This document shows, piece by piece, positions 62,903-64,000 of a DNA stretch of 64,000 nt. The notes beneath the pieces are model-generated. The model saw nothing but the letters and a program-made list of their open reading frames with translations, was not told the origin of the DNA and made no database searches. Position 1 is the first letter of the stretch. Every line of letters starts with the position of its first letter. Position numbers and translations under genes: made by a program. This DNA comes from an uncultured Acidobacteriaceae bacterium (lineage in GTDB: Bacteria > Acidobacteriota > Terriglobia > Terriglobales > Acidobacteriaceae): assembly GCA_963800565.1 (NCBI GenBank), contig CAWDBM010000008.1:308111-372110 (forward strand), given 5' to 3'.

Positions 62903-64000
62903 GGCCTAATACGGGTGTAGAAACCATCGGTGCAGTCGCTGGTTCGCTGCGAAGCCGTGGCTTCACTCCGTGTCCTTCCTCTGGGAAAATCGGCAGGTAT
63001 CTCACTGCCACCGCGAACAACGCGAAGCCCATCGCGATGATCATGAGCGTGATCGAGAATTCCGTCCACTTCGGTACGTAGTGATGTCCCACGTAGGTCT
63101 CAAAGCCGATGAGCGCGATATTGAGCCGGTTAGTAATGAACCCCAGCACGGTAAAGATCGACGCCAGATATAACCACTGTGGCGACAACCGAGCTTTTTT
63201 GAAGCTCAATATGGCGATGGGAAGCACAAAGGTCAGAACAAGTTCGAGCCAGAGAAAATACGCTTCATAGCTCGGTTTGAAGATCTGGCGAAGCAACCCG
63301 CGATGAAAGTAGTCTTCGAAGCGGAGAAGCAAGTTGACCCAGAGAGCCACCAGCAACGCACCGCCGAGGGTGACCAACACTGGAAGTTCGAGTTGACGAC
63401 CGAATACTCTCGCGCTCTGCGTGGATTCGAAAATCGTCATCGCCAAACCGACGGCAACCGCCGACCCGAAAAAGAAGAACGGCAGCGCTGGCGAGTACCA
63501 GAACGGATGTAGCTTGCTCGGCATGATCAGATAAAGCGATCCAAGCGAACTCTGGTGCAGGGTCGAAAGCAGGATGCCCAACACGATCAGTACCGGGTAG
63601 ATCTTGTTAATCCACTTGATCGGAGCCTTCCAATTGACCGCTTCGAATACGTTGGGAAGGAATTCGAAAAACAACACCGTGGTGTAGGTCATCACGCACA
63701 TGCCCACCTCGAACATCACCGAATGCGGGTTCATATAGATGAGCTGATGCCAGATGTACCAGGGACGGCCCAGATCGAAGAGCAGGCCAACAATGAAGAG
63801 CACGTAGCCTAGGAATGCGGTCAACACCGCCGGCCGGACCACGCTGTGCAAGCGCTCGACATTGAACAGATAAACAGCGCCGCACATGATGAAGCCGCCC
63901 GCCGCCAGCATGACGCCGCATAGGCAGTCGAAGCCGATCCAGAGGCCCCACGGAAATTGATCCGTCATGTTTGACACCGCGCCCAGGCCGCGGAAGTATC
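62889..64000 (-). CDS. NrfD/PsrC-family polytopic quinone-interacting membrane subunit (5' end outside the window)
   Basis: ...YFRGLGAVSNMTDQFPWGLWIGFDCLCGV is a typical NrfD N-region. The frame stays open upstream of GVSN to the window edge, so the ORF-track start at 63977 is probably internal. About 8+ TM. Confidence 0.85.
   Translation of the reverse strand, partial: YFRGLGAVSNMTDQFPWGLWIGFDCLCGVMLAAGGFIMCGAVYLFNVERLHSVVRPAVLTAFLGYVLFIVGLLFDLGRPWYIWHQLIYMNPHSVMFEVGMCVMTYTTVLFFEFLPNVFEAVNWKAPIKWINKIYPVLIVLGILLSTLHQSSLGSLYLIMPSKLHPFWYSPALPFFFFGSAVAVGLAMTIFESTQSARVFGRQLELPVLVTLGGALLVALWVNLLLRFEDYFHRGLLRQIFKPSYEAYFLWLELVLTFVLPIAILSFKKARLSPQWLYLASIFTVLGFITNRLNIALIGFETYVGHHYVPKWTEFSITLMIIAMGFALFAVAVRYLPIFPEEGHGVKPRLRSEPATAPMVSTPVLGHAGD

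Overview
GC-rich bacterial chromosomal window with dense coding and many 1-4 nt start/stop overlaps. The gene content and intergenic repeat style suggest Acidobacteriota, but that is inference only. No rRNA, tRNA, CRISPR array, transposase or integrase was recognised.

Contents in order:
(1) 1-2601: a tandem array of four paralogous type IV pilin genes (the first truncated by the window edge). Each has its own hairpin terminator, and two have sigma-54-type promoters.
(2) 2847-5532: a translationally coupled ABC ATPase, ABC-2 permease and membrane-protein trio.
(3) 5635-7137: a SAM methyltransferase and a LolA-like protein.
(4) 7291-14206: a type IV pilus assembly block (pilC, pilB, pilM/N/O and a PilP-like gene), ending in an atypical GspG-like Gly/Ser-rich protein.
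(5) 14303-18717: housekeeping and redox genes (ErpA/IscA, geranylgeranyl reductase family, Bcp, VOC) plus small hypotheticals.
(6) 18972-48557: the standout. An N-terminally minimal sigma-54 enhancer-binding protein is followed by a roughly 28 kb extracellular contractile injection system (eCIS, phage-tail-like) locus. It encodes sheath, tube, DUF4255 cap, AAA+ ATPase, tube-initiator/LysM, hub, spike, PAAR-like tip, gp25, two gpJ paralogues, a gpI-like protein and a giant beta-helix fibre. It also carries two DUF4157 cargo proteins with different zincin-type C-termini and candidate sigma-54 promoters.
(7) 48634-57976: a histone-H1-like protein, KdsC, a TolC/HlyD/DHA2-MFS efflux operon, Usp, a cytidylate-kinase-like protein, a lycopene-cyclase-domain protein and Fpg/Nei.
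(8) 58300-64000: a sigma-54-promoted GcvH-like membrane protein, an archaemetzincin, and an operon of NrfD-like protein, histidine kinase with periplasmic haem-c motifs, and NtrC-type regulator.

A family of intergenic hairpins recurs through the window. Their arms are built from short tandem oligomers, with a different unit at each locus.
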